Source of the DNA: the human T2T-CHM13v2.0 reference genome, Homo sapiens
Assembly: GCF_009914755.1 (NCBI RefSeq)
Contig: NC_060942.1
DNA length: 64,000 bases
Reading direction: 5' to 3' (one strand)
Below, one piece after another: positions 1 through 13,030 of the stretch. Positions within the stretch are counted from its first letter, which is position 1. Each line of letters starts with the position of its first letter. A program made the translations under genes and the position numbers. The notes beneath the pieces are model-generated. The model worked only from the letters and a program-made list of their open reading frames with translations. It ran no database searches and was not told the origin of the DNA.

Positions 1-400
1 AAAATCCAAACAAACCCAAGAGAAAACCTCCAAATATTCTCAATGACAGCAATACATTTAAGAGCAAAGGACTTTGCACAACCTCATCTATTCAAGGGCA
101 TACTGATAGAGAAGAGTGGTTTGTCGGCCGTAAGCTGGATTAAAGTGGTGAACTCCTTAGTATATAGAGGCAGATGGTTCAGATTACCGAAGCATACAAT
201 CAGAGGCAACTGCCTACCTTCTGAATTAATACACTCAGCTAATTTCACAGGAAAAAGAAATCCCCACATCATCTACCCCTTTCTAAATTTTTAATTATAA
301 GCACAGCAGGGCTTCATCAAGAGTCCTGTTTCAATTAAATTAATCAGAGCTGACTGATTATATAGCTGTTGTGGAATTTCCAAATTCCAGCCCTTGAGCA
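1..400 (-). promoter_or_regulatory. CPLX4: Probable CPLX4 promoter and 5' end
   Basis: TATA-like TATATA at 161-166 and clustered CRX/OTX-type motifs (GGATTA ~137, TAATCA 341, TGATTA 355). Gene identity rests on recalled synteny (RAX-CPLX4-LMAN1); no coding sequence is in the window. Confidence 0.5.
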
Positions 401-1835
401 AAACATCCTGTTGAAAAACTGAGTCCAATGAGACTCAAAACCCAGAATGCTTCATTAAGCAAAAATAATCCTTTCGATCCATCATTTTATCTCATTGGAC
501 TTTAAGTACTATGCAAGGATTTGCTTTTTAGTTTGCTTGAATTCGGTTTGCTTCAATAGTTACTGTGTCCCGCACATAAATACACAACTGACAAATGCAA
601 AGACCCAGACAGCAGGTCCTTGGTTTACATCTGGAAGATTATCTTAGCCTTCTCCTGCATGGAAATATTACTTGTCTATATGGAAATGATGTGCTTGACA
701 CTTCAAGGCTCTGATCCAGAAGGTAAGACCATTATGTGAGTCAAATCATCAATATGTAAGGGGTCACCTTTTTTCTCTTGCATAAAGAGTGCACCTCCTG
801 GGTGCTCTATTTAAGCTCACTGGTGTACTTGGATGAAACTGACAATGTTTTGTATCCCACCAGATTCTCTATGGCTGTGGTTTTCTTCAGGTCAAGGGAA
901 GAGTTGAGTATGGCTAAGACTTCAATCTACACTAGTATCTTTCTAATTAAAGCCTGCCAAAGAGGGTGGGGTGGGAAGGAAGAGATGTAATCCATTGTTA
1001 TTTTATCTGAAGGCATGAGTCCTCTCAGAAACCAGGTGATTATCTCTCTGATCATATAGAATTACATAATCTGGATTCTTGCCTAAAATGCTTGCTTTAT
1101 ATATTTTATCGTCTGCTTTCCCTTTTAGTAATCTATTTTAAAATGCTGCTTAAATGGTCTCAATATGAAAGGCTAAAAAAGATAATTTAGGGTGAAATAT
1201 AAGCTGTACTCAGGGCTTCGAGGAGAATGCCCATCAATATTGAGTTCCACTTTCTCTTTTAGATGGGTTGCTTGGAACTTAACACGTTCATACCATTATC
1301 TCTAAATTACCATTTATAATAAACTACATTGCAGTCCACTGAGGAATGTTACTAATTAATGTTGTCTCATAGAACTTTTCAAACCATAAAATAAAAGCCA
1401 CAGCCTTGTGTTTCTGTCTGTTCGGTCTACATTTTATTATAAGTAATTATTTAGATTTATTATAAAATCTATTCTAAAAATTCCATTGTATGAGGAATTA
1501 GGAAATATTAATGGTGAGGGTGTCAATTCTAAACTCCAGCACCCATGTGTAAAGGAGTTTCTCCCTGTCCCGTCCTTTTCTGAATGTATGTTTGTGTGGA
1601 GGGGGTTAGGAAGAGGGGGTGTCATGCATTATGGGGACTCTTCGGTGGTAGCTTCAGCAGGGTCGCCGTGGAAGGTCTCCTGAGAGTGCTTTATGAAATC
1701 AAATATCTTATTATTTCCTCAACAGGTAATTCCATTGAGAATGAGGTCACGACTTAAAAAACTTTTTACTCCTTGATTTATTACAATGACCTTTGCCCTT
1801 GGACATCCAGGAACTACTAGCTGGTGTGTAGGATC

Positions 1836-2126
1836 TTTTTTTTTGGAGACAGCCTCACTGTGTTGCCCAGGCTGTAGTGCAGTGGCAGGATCTCAGCTCT
1901 CTGCAACCTCCGCCTCCTGGGTTCAAGCGAGTCTCCTGCCTTAGTCTCCCGAGTACCTAGGATGACAGGCATGCGCCACCATGCCCGGCTAAGCTTTTGT
2001 ATTTTTGGTAGAGACAGGGTTTTGCCATATTGGCCAGGCTGGTCTTGAACTCCTGACCTCAAGTGATCTGCCTGCCTCAGTTTCTCAAAGTGGTGGGATT
2101 ATAAGTGTGAGCCACCAAGCCTGGCT
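1836..2126 (-). mobile_element. Alu
   Basis: PolyT followed by antisense Alu consensus. Confidence 0.93.
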
Positions 2127-2858
2127 GTAGAATCTTGTAGAAATGGTGGTAGAATCTTCCGTTCCTTCAGAAAGGGGAAATGAATGCCCTGGATTCATGA
2201 ATGGGACCTCTAGGTGTCCCCATCCCATGGCTCCCTACTGTCCTTGCATAGAATCCCCACTCCTTGCTGCAAGATTGCCCACTGCCTAGCTGCCAGCCTC
2301 TTCAGCCACACTCCCTTTGCTCATTCTAATCACATTCATGTCCTTGTTGGCCCTTAAACCAAGATTGCTCCCACCTATGTCCTTGTGGAACCTCCTGGCC
2401 TGTATTGCTCTTCCACATCTCTAGGTGGCTCACCCTTGCTTAATTCAGGTTTCTGTTCTCATTCACCTTCTTAGAGGGACTTCCCTGACCATCCTAAGAT
2501 ACCCTGCCTCCACTACCCCACCTTTTAATCCTCTATCCTATTCTATTTTTCTTCATAGTACTGCACTCTACCTGAAAGTATATTTTCCTTGATTTAGTTG
2601 TTTCCTTTCCATCTACTCCATTGGAATGTAAGCTCCATAAGAGAGACCAGTGCAATTTTGTTCACCTTTGCATCCCCATCTCTGAGAATCATGCTCAGCA
2701 CATAGTAAGTGATCAATAAGAATCTTGGGGGAAAACAATGAATGAATGATTGCCACTAGGCCTAATGGCTTATTTTTGAGCAAATCGCTTTCAATGGAAG
2801 TAATCAAGGTACTACATCGGATGATGGAGGCACTTGGAGAGTTATCTTCAGGCAAAAG

Positions 2859-3521
2859 GGAGACAGGAGAATAGGGTCTGGGGGCAGGGAACCTAAGGCC
2901 AATTCATGCTGACTTCCTAGAACTAAATTAAAAGGAAAACCCCAACTTTCCACACCTAAGTAACAAAAGGACTGGAAGCTACTTCCTTACTCCCTTTGCA
3001 ACTCCCGGCCCCCCACCCCCACCCCGACCCCCACCCCCACCCCCACCAACTTTTTCTACGTGGCAGATGGAAAATTCAAAGTATCTCTGATTGGCTGCTT
3101 TCTGCAGCCAATCAGACATTTGGATAGGAGTGTAACTTTGTAACTTCACTTCAGCCTCTAATTGGTTGCTTTCCACAACCAATCAGATACTTGCATAGGG
3201 TGTAACCTTTGTAACTTCACTTCAGTCTCTGATTGTTTGCTTTCCGCAACCAATCAGACTGATTGCAGGCCACTACTTCATTTACATAGGGTGTGCACCA
3301 AGTAACCAATGGGAAACCTCTAGAGGGTATTTAAACCCCAGAAAATTCTGCAAAGGGGCTCTTGAGCCCCTATGGTGGGGCCGCTTCCAGTCTGTGGAGT
3401 CTACTTTTGTTTTCCATAAATCTCTGCTTTTGTTGCTTCATTCTTTCCTGGCTTTGTTTGTGCGTTTTGTCTAATTCCTTGTTCAAAATGCCAAGAACCT
3501 GGACACCCTCCACCAATAACA
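2859..3521 (+). mobile_element. Solo ERV1 LTR (MER51-like)
   Basis: Starts GAGACAGGAGAATAGGGTCTGG and ends GGACACCCTCCACCAATAACA; repeated CCAATCAG blocks, TATTTAAA, CATAAA. Confidence 0.75.
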
Positions 3522-4664
3522 GAAGTAGCATCTTAGTGCTTACAAATCCACCTCATAGTGGTTGCTGCCTTCTTTGCCAGCTCCCAGGATCAAGACTACT
3601 TGCCATAGTTTTTTAAAATCATGCCTCATTCTGATTTAATGGATCACCTTTGTAAACACAGATTCGTTGTGGCCTATTCAACTTGAAAATTTTGATGGTA
3701 TCTGACCCAAAGAATTTGCTAAAGAAGCAATAATCCCATTAGTGGAATTAAATTTTAGAAAGAGATCACATTCAAACAGCATAAATCCATTTTGGTCCTT
3801 CACCTGGGATTTTTCTTTTCACATCAAATACCTAAATTTTGCTCCTGTAATTAAAATCGGCTAGTGGTATCATTTCTTTTTTGACCTTCCCCAAGGAAAT
3901 CATGGTGATTAGGTTGTCCTGTCTCAGTTGTTATATCCTCTTAGCGGGTGACACAACATTTCAGGGGTAACCATGCAGCTAAACCTCTGTGCTCATGAAG
4001 GTCAGCAGAACTGAAGAAGAAAAAGGTCACCAAGCGCCAAGGCATGTGTCACCACACTTGGTTAATTGGCTAAGTGTAGAAATGATCTAAAGATGAGATT
4101 CACTGGGATTAATTTTCAACCTCTATTTTAACTGGGAAAAAAGAGGTAATATAAAAAGAGGAAAAAGTCTTGGGAAATAGAAGGACCATTACGGAAACCA
4201 CAAAGGAAATTAAACACGTAGTCCTAATCCTAATAACTGCCTACTGGAGACATTTTAGTGGTTTGTGTTTTACCTAATAGAGTGTCATGTACATCATAGA
4301 TGCTTAATACATATTTAATGAACTGTATTGAAATGCCAGGCCAAGTAGCATGTTTGTTTTCATTTCTATAGGATTGGTTAATATTCTTGTAGATACAAAC
4401 TCAAGGCTATATACCAGCTGTGCAAAGAAATTCCCCAATCATGACAGTATGGTTTTCATTGAGCTACAGAACCAAAGAGTCTCTTCAGTACTACCTTGGC
4501 CCATTGTTATCTGATAGATTGTGAGACCATTTGTGACTCTGTGGAGACTCAAAGCATCTCAATCCTTTGTCTCCCAAAGTGGCCATTTTAAGAAATGTAT
4601 CCCGGGCTGATTCTTCTGTCTTCCAGAAATATTCAGCAGTGTTATACCGAACGTTTCAAAATCT

Positions 4665-4666
4665 GT

Positions 4667-4708
<42 letters not shown>
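4665..4708. repeat. (TG)n microsatellite at an Alu tail
   Basis: About 22 TG units with one interruption. Confidence 0.95.
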
Positions 4709-4981
<273 letters not shown>

Positions 4982-5675
4982 CCTAAAGTATTTCTTTTGC
5001 CAACACTGTATGACTGGTCTATTTCAGTTCACAGACATCACTTTCTGGTGAGGTAATAACTGTATTCTATTCCGTATCCTCTCTACCACAGAACTTCCAT
5101 GTTGGTCGAGTGCTGAGTTGGTAGGCAATTCAGTGGTTGTTATTTTCTAACAGGACATGCTGGCTTCCATGATCTGATTGTAAATTGCCATGCTGGTTCT
5201 ACATGGAAGGGGAAGATGGGCTGGGAACCAAAGATTAATTTTCTAACTTACTGTTTACACAGTGGGCTGACCAGTTTGAGCTGAGCTATGTTCATGCCTG
5301 GAATTCAGGTATATTTGGCAAATTGTAACATTCGTGGCATGGCTAGCAATAAGTCTATTTGCATTAAGTACTAAGGAGGCTCTTAGGAGAGACTCATCCA
5401 GAGCAGACACAGTAAGTTTGCCTCAGTTACAAAGCCTTAGTTCCCAGAGGCTTGAGGAATTCTGTAGTGTCTTTCACTCAGGTTCACCCTGGCCAAGGCT
5501 CATGAACCCATTAGGACTGTTTCCTAGAGATAGACCTTTAATTAAATAGTAACAGCCATTCTCACTGAGAACTCTGACACTGGGGCCCATGCATCACTGC
5601 TTTAGTATTTTCTTAACAGAAAGTAACATGCAGCGGGGAGAGAGTCATTCTTCTCCATTTGGCCACAAACTACCC

Positions 5676-6171
5676 ATGATGGTTAATTTTACATGCCAAC
5701 TTGACTGGGTCACTGGATGCCAGCATTATCTGGTTAAACATTGTTTCTGGTGTGTCTGTGAGGCTGTTCATGGAAGAGATTTGCATTTGAATTGGCTGAC
5801 TGAGGAAAGCAGATGGTCCTCCCCAGTGTGGGTGGGCATCGTCCAATCTGTGAGGGCCTGAATAGAACAAAAAGCCAGAGGAAAGTTGGATTTGCTCTCT
5901 GCTTGAGCTGGGAACACTGATCTTCCTCTGCCCGGGACACTCATGGTCCTCAGGCCTTCAGGCTCAGATGGACTCTATACCGTTGGCTCTGGCTTTCAGG
6001 CCTTCCGGTTATACAACTGGCTTTTCTGGGTCTCCGGCTTGCAGATGGCAGATCGTGGGACTTCTCAGCCTCCATAATCATGTGAGCCATACCTTACTTA
6101 TTTTATATGTATATATGTGTATATGTATGCGTGTATGTATTTAAAGGTTGTTACTCTGAAGAACCTAATAC
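5676..6171 (+). mobile_element. Solo ERVL LTR (MLT2-like)
   Basis: Starts TGATGGTTAATTTT..CAACTTGACTGGG and ends GAACCTAATACA; internal TA/TG run. Confidence 0.75.
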
Positions 6172-7012
6172 ACCACTCCATGGACTGGCTCCTGGAAGCC
6201 TCCATTGCTTCTGTGGGCAATGGCAGTCGTGAGGGTGCCTGGTCCAGATGACAGAAGTGGCTGCTTGTTTGGCAGGACAGTGAAATCCTCCTGAGTAGCA
6301 GTGGGGCCTGTGTGTGTGATGGAACATGGCAGAAACGGTGCCACTGCTGGGCTGACATGGCAGAAATGGCAGATCCAGAATAAAGAGCAGTTAAGGGCCA
6401 ACATAGGGGATGACGCCATCAGGAGGAGCAACACCCAATGGACATCACAGGGGTTCAGAGAAGAGAAAAAGAGTAAATGCCATGTGGCAGCTGACCAGGC
6501 AGCTTCTGGACTTATTTGTGAGGATCTGAGAAACGGAATGGGACTCCCAGCACTGCTGAGGACCATTTCCTTTTTTTTACAACTCATGAGCAGGTAAAGA
6601 GCCAAAAATCCTGTGTTGTACTGTTCTGGGTCAGTTCTCTCTCTGATTTTCAGACGCATAGACTAACAATAGCTAACATTTATTGGGCATAAGCATCTCG
6701 TTTCTAAGCTCTATTTATGGTGCTCTGTTATCTCAATTATCACCCCATTTTAGAGGTAAAAGATTAAGGTATGTCTCTGCCCTGACTCCAAGCCTATATT
6801 GCCTTCTGGCCATTTTTACTTGGTTAGTTAATGTCAGAATCTATGTTCCAAATGGAACTCAACCTCTTCTTCCCTCGTCTTCAATTCCCATCCTTTTTCT
6901 TGTGTTCCCTGTTTTAGGACACCTTACATCTAATTCTACTAGCCAGAAACAGAGTATCATTTTACATTCTTCCTTCTCATTCACTCCCCACTTCTAATAG
7001 TCATTAGATGCT

Positions 7013-7230
7013 TGCTATGGCCTGAACGTTTTGTCCCAACACTCCTATGTTGAAATCCTAACGCCCAAGGTGTTACTAATAGGAGATGGGGCCTTTTGTA
7101 GGTGATTGGGTTGTTAGGGTAGGGTCTTGATCTTCGACTTCCCAGTCTTCCAGAACAGTGAGCAATAAATTTGTTTTTTATAAGCCACCTCATTTATGGT
7201 ATTTTGTTAGAGTGGCCCAAACTAACTCTA
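7013..7230 (+). mobile_element. MaLR LTR fragment (MST/MLT1-like), internally deleted
   Basis: TGCTATGG..TGTTGAAATCCTAAC start joined to CCAGAACAGTGAGCAATAAATT..TATGGTATTTTGTTA end. Confidence 0.65.
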
Positions 7231-9329
7231 ATTGTCCAATGCTACTATTGATAAGAGTTTTGGCCTTCATTCAGGCCACCATTTTTCACTGGGAGCACTG
7301 CGGCTGGTCTCTCTCAAGTCTCCTTCCTCCAATCCATTCTCCATGAAGCAAACAGAGATTGCAATGTTTGAAATGCTATTGCCTTTCTGCTTGATTTTCA
7401 TGGCCTTCCATTACCCTCTGGATGAAGTCCAAGCTCCTTTACAGAGCCTTGGGATCTGGCCTCTGTATATCCCACCCAACATTTTTCCCAGCATAGCAGA
7501 ATAAGCTTACAGGTTCTCACATAAACTACAGTTTCTTAACTCCATGCTTTTGTTCATGTTATTTTTTCTGGTTGGAGTAAGTTCACTTCCAGTCCCCCTT
7601 GCACTACACATACTTCAGCATATGGCTCAGATAACATCTTCTGTGGGAAGCTTCTCCAACCTACAACCCTGCCTCAGACTCAAGATTCTTCAAATACGTG
7701 TGTGCATCAATTCTGAAAAATTCTTAGCTATTACACCTTTGAACAGTTCCTCATCATGACTCTCCCAATTCCTTCTAGAACTACTGGTAGACTTATGTTG
7801 TACCTTCTCACCAATTGCCAATTTATTGCATTTTCCACCACTTTAATATCTGTGTTGTACTCTCGGTAATTTGCTCAGGTCTATCTTCTAATTCAAGAAT
7901 TCTTTCGAGCTTTGTCCAATCTGGTATCCAAATTTGATCCCCACCTCCCATATCAAAGTTGTGTTTTGGGTGGTCCTTTGGAACTCCAACTGTCTTATTT
8001 TTCAGTGTTTCATTCCTTCCTCATGATTTCCAGTCCTTTTATAAACTCTTCAGTATTTTTAATGTCATTTCAAGTATACATATTTGTTGTCTTCTTCTGA
8101 CTGTTCTATCATCTCAGATTCTTGGAGGTGCCAGGTTTCATTATTGTATCTACTGTCACTCTTTCGTATTTCTCTGGTTTGGTTTATAGTTTTTAGAGCT
8201 CATTTTAGTTAGGACTGGCTGTCCCTATGGTTGTCTAATGTACTTTTGTTGTGCAATTATTGCTAATGAGTGGTTTTGTTTTGCCTTCTGGATTTTCCCA
8301 GACAAGAACAAATTTACACATTGTTTTTGACTTAAAAGAATTCCACACCATATAGGTAAAGCATACAGCTGGGCTTCAATTTCTTAACAAATGTCCCCTT
8401 ACCCAGAGCTCCAGGGAGAGAGCTTCCTACGCCTTCTCGGAGCTGTTGGGGTGGAAGTAAGAGGTCCTTTCAGCCCATTTCCACTGAAGGAGCAGCTCTT
8501 CCAGAGTCCTCACTTTATCCTAGCATCTCAGTTCGAGCCTCCTGGGTTTTCTAGGCCTAAAGCCATGTCTTCAATGCCACAAATGAATTTTCAATGACAA
8601 TGTCAATAATTTTCAATGACAGTACCTAGGGCCTATGTGTAGTCTAGTTTCTGCCACTCCCTACTACTAGTAGGCTTCCTGATCGGGTTTTAAGTTCTGA
8701 ATTCTTTCGAACCCATCTATGTATTTAAATCTTTCATCTTATCCACCATTTGTCTTTACCAATTAGTCTATCATTTTTTGAAGCCTCCTTATAAAGACGC
8801 TCTTTTACTATGCTTATAACCATGCGAGATAAGTATTATGAGGAAACTGAAGGTCACCTCCAGTAAGTGAGAGAGCCAGGATTCAAACCTAGATTTGTCT
8901 AACCTCAAAGCCCTACTCTTTTATTTTTTTTTTACATTAACTCTCAGAATTGGAATTACTTGGTTAAATGGTACTTGTCAAAAAGATTAAAATATTTTTT
9001 AAACTACCACTAATTAGTAATGACTAGGAGTTCCAGCTTAACTACACTTCTGCCATCATTTGGTTATCAGAGGTAAAAACATCAAGTACATTGTTTTAAT
9101 TAGTTTGTATTTTTCATTACCAGCAAGGGTAAACAGTTATCCATGACCATTTCTATGTTCTCGTGGCATGCTTCCATGTACTGCCTCTGCATGCAGCAGG
9201 CCACCTCGGGCAGAGCCTAAAGCATGTGATAAATGAAATGCTATCACAATACAGGTTGTGTCTGAAAAACAAATGGCAACTTATTATCCAAGATCAATGA
9301 AGGAAAAAGCAAATTTACTAAAATATTTC

Positions 9330-9335
9330 TTTATT
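9330..9335 (-). terminator. LMAN1: Distal polyadenylation signal AATAAA
   Basis: TTTATT on + strand with downstream GCTTTTTCC and TGTTTTT on the minus strand. Confidence 0.6.
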
Positions 9336-10084
9336 TGAATAAGGTCAATGCCATTTCTTGAATTCCAGCTAGCATCAAATAATCAGGAAAAAAAAAACTT
9401 GACAAAATGTTATCCAATTGAAATTGACAGTGGATAGAAAACCCTTTTAAACTTTAAGTAATGTCATAAAAGAAATATATTAAACAAGCAACAGACAGAT
9501 CTAAAAAGTTCCAAGTGTGGATTTCACATTAGATCTTATAAATTAAAAAAATCCTCAATATAATCATTTGTTCACTATCTTCTTTCAATAAGCACATGGA
9601 CAGGGAAAGATAATCACACCTTAATATTCACAACTGCTATTTGTGTTCTTTACAAAAATTGTATCTCTGCAATGCAGTGAGGCAGGCAATCCCTTGTTCA
9701 AGTCATTTCTGTTTTCCCTAAGTTATCAAAAAGTACAACTGTCTGATATAAATTGTTACCATAATCACAATCAGGAAGGCAAAGAAGCTTTAGCAGGCAG
9801 GCTTGAAGATGGGAGTTTTCATGGCTTGACCATGAATGATCTCAAGATGATTTCATAAGATTAAAAGCCATCACGAAAATACTGAAAGCAACAGGTAATA
9901 ATCTGGATTCAGTCTGTAGTTGCTCATGAACCACGCGTTTTAATAAAAGGAACATTAAGTAAATTGTAGGTATAAAAGAATCAGTGCATATCTGTTAATG
10001 TCATTGACAATAAAAATATATTATCTTCTCAGCTCAGCTCTAAATTAACAAAACACCTATTTTTTTTTTCCCACTCCTCATTTT

Positions 10085-10236
10085 AGTGGTTCTCAAACAT
10101 TGGTGTGCTCAGAATCTCCTGAGGTGCCTATTGAACAATGACATCCCAAAGCCCCACCCCTAAGATTTGATTCAGGTTGTCTGAAACCAGGCGCCATGAC
10201 CCAGATGGTCCATGGATCATACTTTGAGAAACACTG
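10085..10236. mobile_element. MER5A-like DNA transposon relic in the LMAN1 3'UTR
   Basis: Terminal inverted repeats AGTGGTTCTCAAA ... TTTGAGAAACACTG. Confidence 0.7.
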
Positions 10237-12583
10237 ATATCCCCTTAATACATAACAAAACATTGTTTACTGTTTATGACTTCATGGTAAAGTTTTAAGC
10301 TGAATAAAACATTCAAACAATTATTAGAACACAAATAGGTACATTAAATAAGGATATAAGCCATTACGCAATTGCATTTTCCTTTTAAAAGTGGCATCAT
10401 AGACACAATGACTTACATAAAAATTTTAAAATCAATTTTGTTTTAATCCAAGGCACCTGTAAAACACTTGCTGGTGTGAGAGAAGTGAACAAATTCAATT
10501 ATACAAAATAGTACAGAAATGAAAGAATCCTGGCAGTGATTGATTTTTCCACAGAGCAAACCTTTTTGTTCAGAAATGAGCTCCTTAAAGTCAATGATTT
10601 TGAGAAAAACCACACTTCAAATATGATACACATCATGTGAACTACTTTGCTGAGTGATTTTCAAGCAAAGTATATCACTAAGTATAAAAGATAAAAGGCT
10701 CATGCTCATGCTGTTTCATAATAGCCATCTCCATTTGTAGTAAGAATAATCAGAATGATTCCCCTTGAATTTCAGCCTGAAAAATGTATACTGCATAGAT
10801 CTGGTATTCCTTTAATGCACAGGCACATATGACCATGGACTTTATAATACTGGATTTGGCAGCCTTTTATCTCAAGAGGATTTCTCAAGTTTCATAGTTT
10901 ACAACTTAAATATTCCTCTGAAGGTATTTAATTTTTTTTCATGGAGCAAGAGTAAATTCTGTGATGATGAAGCCTCTGAAACATGAATTTCAAAATGTTA
11001 ACACTACAAAAGAAAAATGCTAGAGAAGCATTTTCTGTGTTGAAATGACTGAAGTAAAGTGAGTTATCACTGGCATATTCTCTTTCAGTGTTCTAGGATA
11101 AATATCAACATAAAAAGCAACGCCAGACTGTTTGCACACACAGCACTCGTTTGGTATTGCTATAATACAGAGTTCTTCAGAAAGTCTTTATATATAGATT
11201 TTAGGTCGTTAGCCCAATCTGTAAATGACATTTGAGAGCAAACCTAGGGAGGCTTGGAATAATTCAACAGTACTATTTTATAAGATAGTATTGTTTGGAA
11301 TTCTATGGCAAATGAAAGACAACCATTTTAGCTAAAAGAAGTAAAAGAGTATTTTGAAGGCAGCAAAAATCAGTATAAATCAGCTGTGAACAGAATTAAA
11401 TTTGCATCTTAAAATGTCATTTACAGACTGTTTCTGTAATACCTAGAAGTATGCACAAAGACTATAAAAACTCCTTCCAGTCTGACATTTCAAGGTTAAG
11501 TTTACTAACAAGTGCTTCACAATGTCCTTAGTTCTGGCACTAAAAGGAAACAATTAGAAGTATTCACTGTTTTTCAAATTTTGCCTTCAAGAATCTTAAA
11601 ACTGCTTCTACTACAGCCTCCTTGATTTAAAAGAGTATGCAAATGGTCACTAACCCCAGCCAGCATGAAGTAACTAATGTAAACCAGAATGTAGTGGCAG
11701 GTTTTGTGAATTTAAATCCTCAGATCATGCAATTTGAGCTGAATTTACATGCTGTAGTAAAGGGAGAAATAAATTCCTTAAGTTACAAATATAAATATAA
11801 AAATTATTTTCATAATATTGACCTGACCCCATTGGAATGAAGACATTCAAGAATATGGGCAATCATGAATGAATACATTACCAGGCAAAATACCTATAAA
11901 AGCCATTCTCAGAGGAATGTTTCCACCCACAAGGTTTTTTAGGCAAAAAGCAGCTATTAATTTTCCTCTAAAATTTCCTTTAAAAGTGAAATATATCATT
12001 GATAAATAGAGGAAAAAAAAATTTCACTTAACATTTTGAAGTCTATTACCAGATCCTTAAAGCTCTCAGACAAAATATTCTTTGATTTCAAAGGAAGTTG
12101 CATTAAGATGAAAGGACTGCAGGCCCAGGCCTTTGATTAGGAAGTCTGACCTCTAAAAAAGACTTTGGTTACAAAATAAACCTGATGGGACTTCTTAATT
12201 AGACCTCATATTCTGGGAGGCATGAGGGCAAGTGTGTTTACGTTATACAGGGAAACCTGCAATATTGGAGACTTAGGGGGTAACATTCATATCCAGGGGT
12301 TGCCCCCACTTTATTTACCCTCTTACTGGTCAATATTCTGCTCAGAGGCTGCATCATACTGACCAGAAATTCACTGAAATTTAGACAGATTTACATACTG
12401 TGAACAAATTAAAATGTGGTTGTCTTTGCTTTAAGGTTTATTCTTAACTGCAAATCAATGTTTAAACAGTTATTTTATTAAGAAAATTAATAATTTAGAC
12501 TATGAAGCAATTTAAATACTTAAATTCCCTCAAAACGACATCATTTTGTACACAAATAGATGAAGTACACAGGAAAATGGTAG

Positions 12584-12620
12584 TCAAAAGAATTTTTTGG
12601 CAGCTGCTTCTTGCTGAGAC
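12584..12620 (-). CDS. LMAN1: LMAN1 exon 13 coding part (cytosolic tail with KKFF trafficking motif)
   Basis: TAG acceptor; SQQEAAAKKFF then TGA; total CDS 1533 nt = 510 aa plus stop. Confidence 0.98.
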
Positions 12621-12908
12621 CTAATGAAAAAAAGAAACAAACACTTAAAGAAGTTCTATACGCTTAACTTTGGAAAGAAACAGGACTATTTAAAATTAAA
12701 ATATCAATGCCTTTTGAAGTATACAACGCATTAAGATAAACATATATTCTACACGTGCACTTTATGTGAACTGAAATGAACAGAAATCACAATAAACTTA
12801 ATTTTATAGGTGGTGAAAATTGTATTATGAACATAGATAACTTAGTTGAATATTTCTAATTAAACAGATGCAGAAAAATATTGGGTCACATTTTATCAAG
12901 AGACTTAC

Positions 12909-13030
12909 CTATACATGATATAACCAATGAATAATACAGTTTGCACCACAACAAATATAATGAAGTGGACCGTAGACAAACATGATGGAAATGGTGGTAG
13001 TTCTGGGCATTTCGGCTTTTCATTTGATGG
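12909..13030 (-). CDS. LMAN1: LMAN1 exon 12 (luminal cysteines and transmembrane helix)
   Basis: CAG acceptor; PSNEKPKCPELPPFPSCLSTVHFIIFVVVQTVLFIGYIMY(R); donor GTAAGT; 122 nt. Confidence 0.97.

Larger units (their letters stand above)
9310..12583 (-). other. LMAN1: LMAN1 3'UTR (long form, AT-rich)
   Basis: Runs from the stop codon to a distal AATAAA (TTTATT on + at 9330-9335) followed by U-rich sequence; end position approximate. Confidence 0.7.

Noticed and set aside
6165-6659. 164-aa minus-strand ORF
   Set aside because: No recognisable domain or promoter context; the composition does not suggest coding
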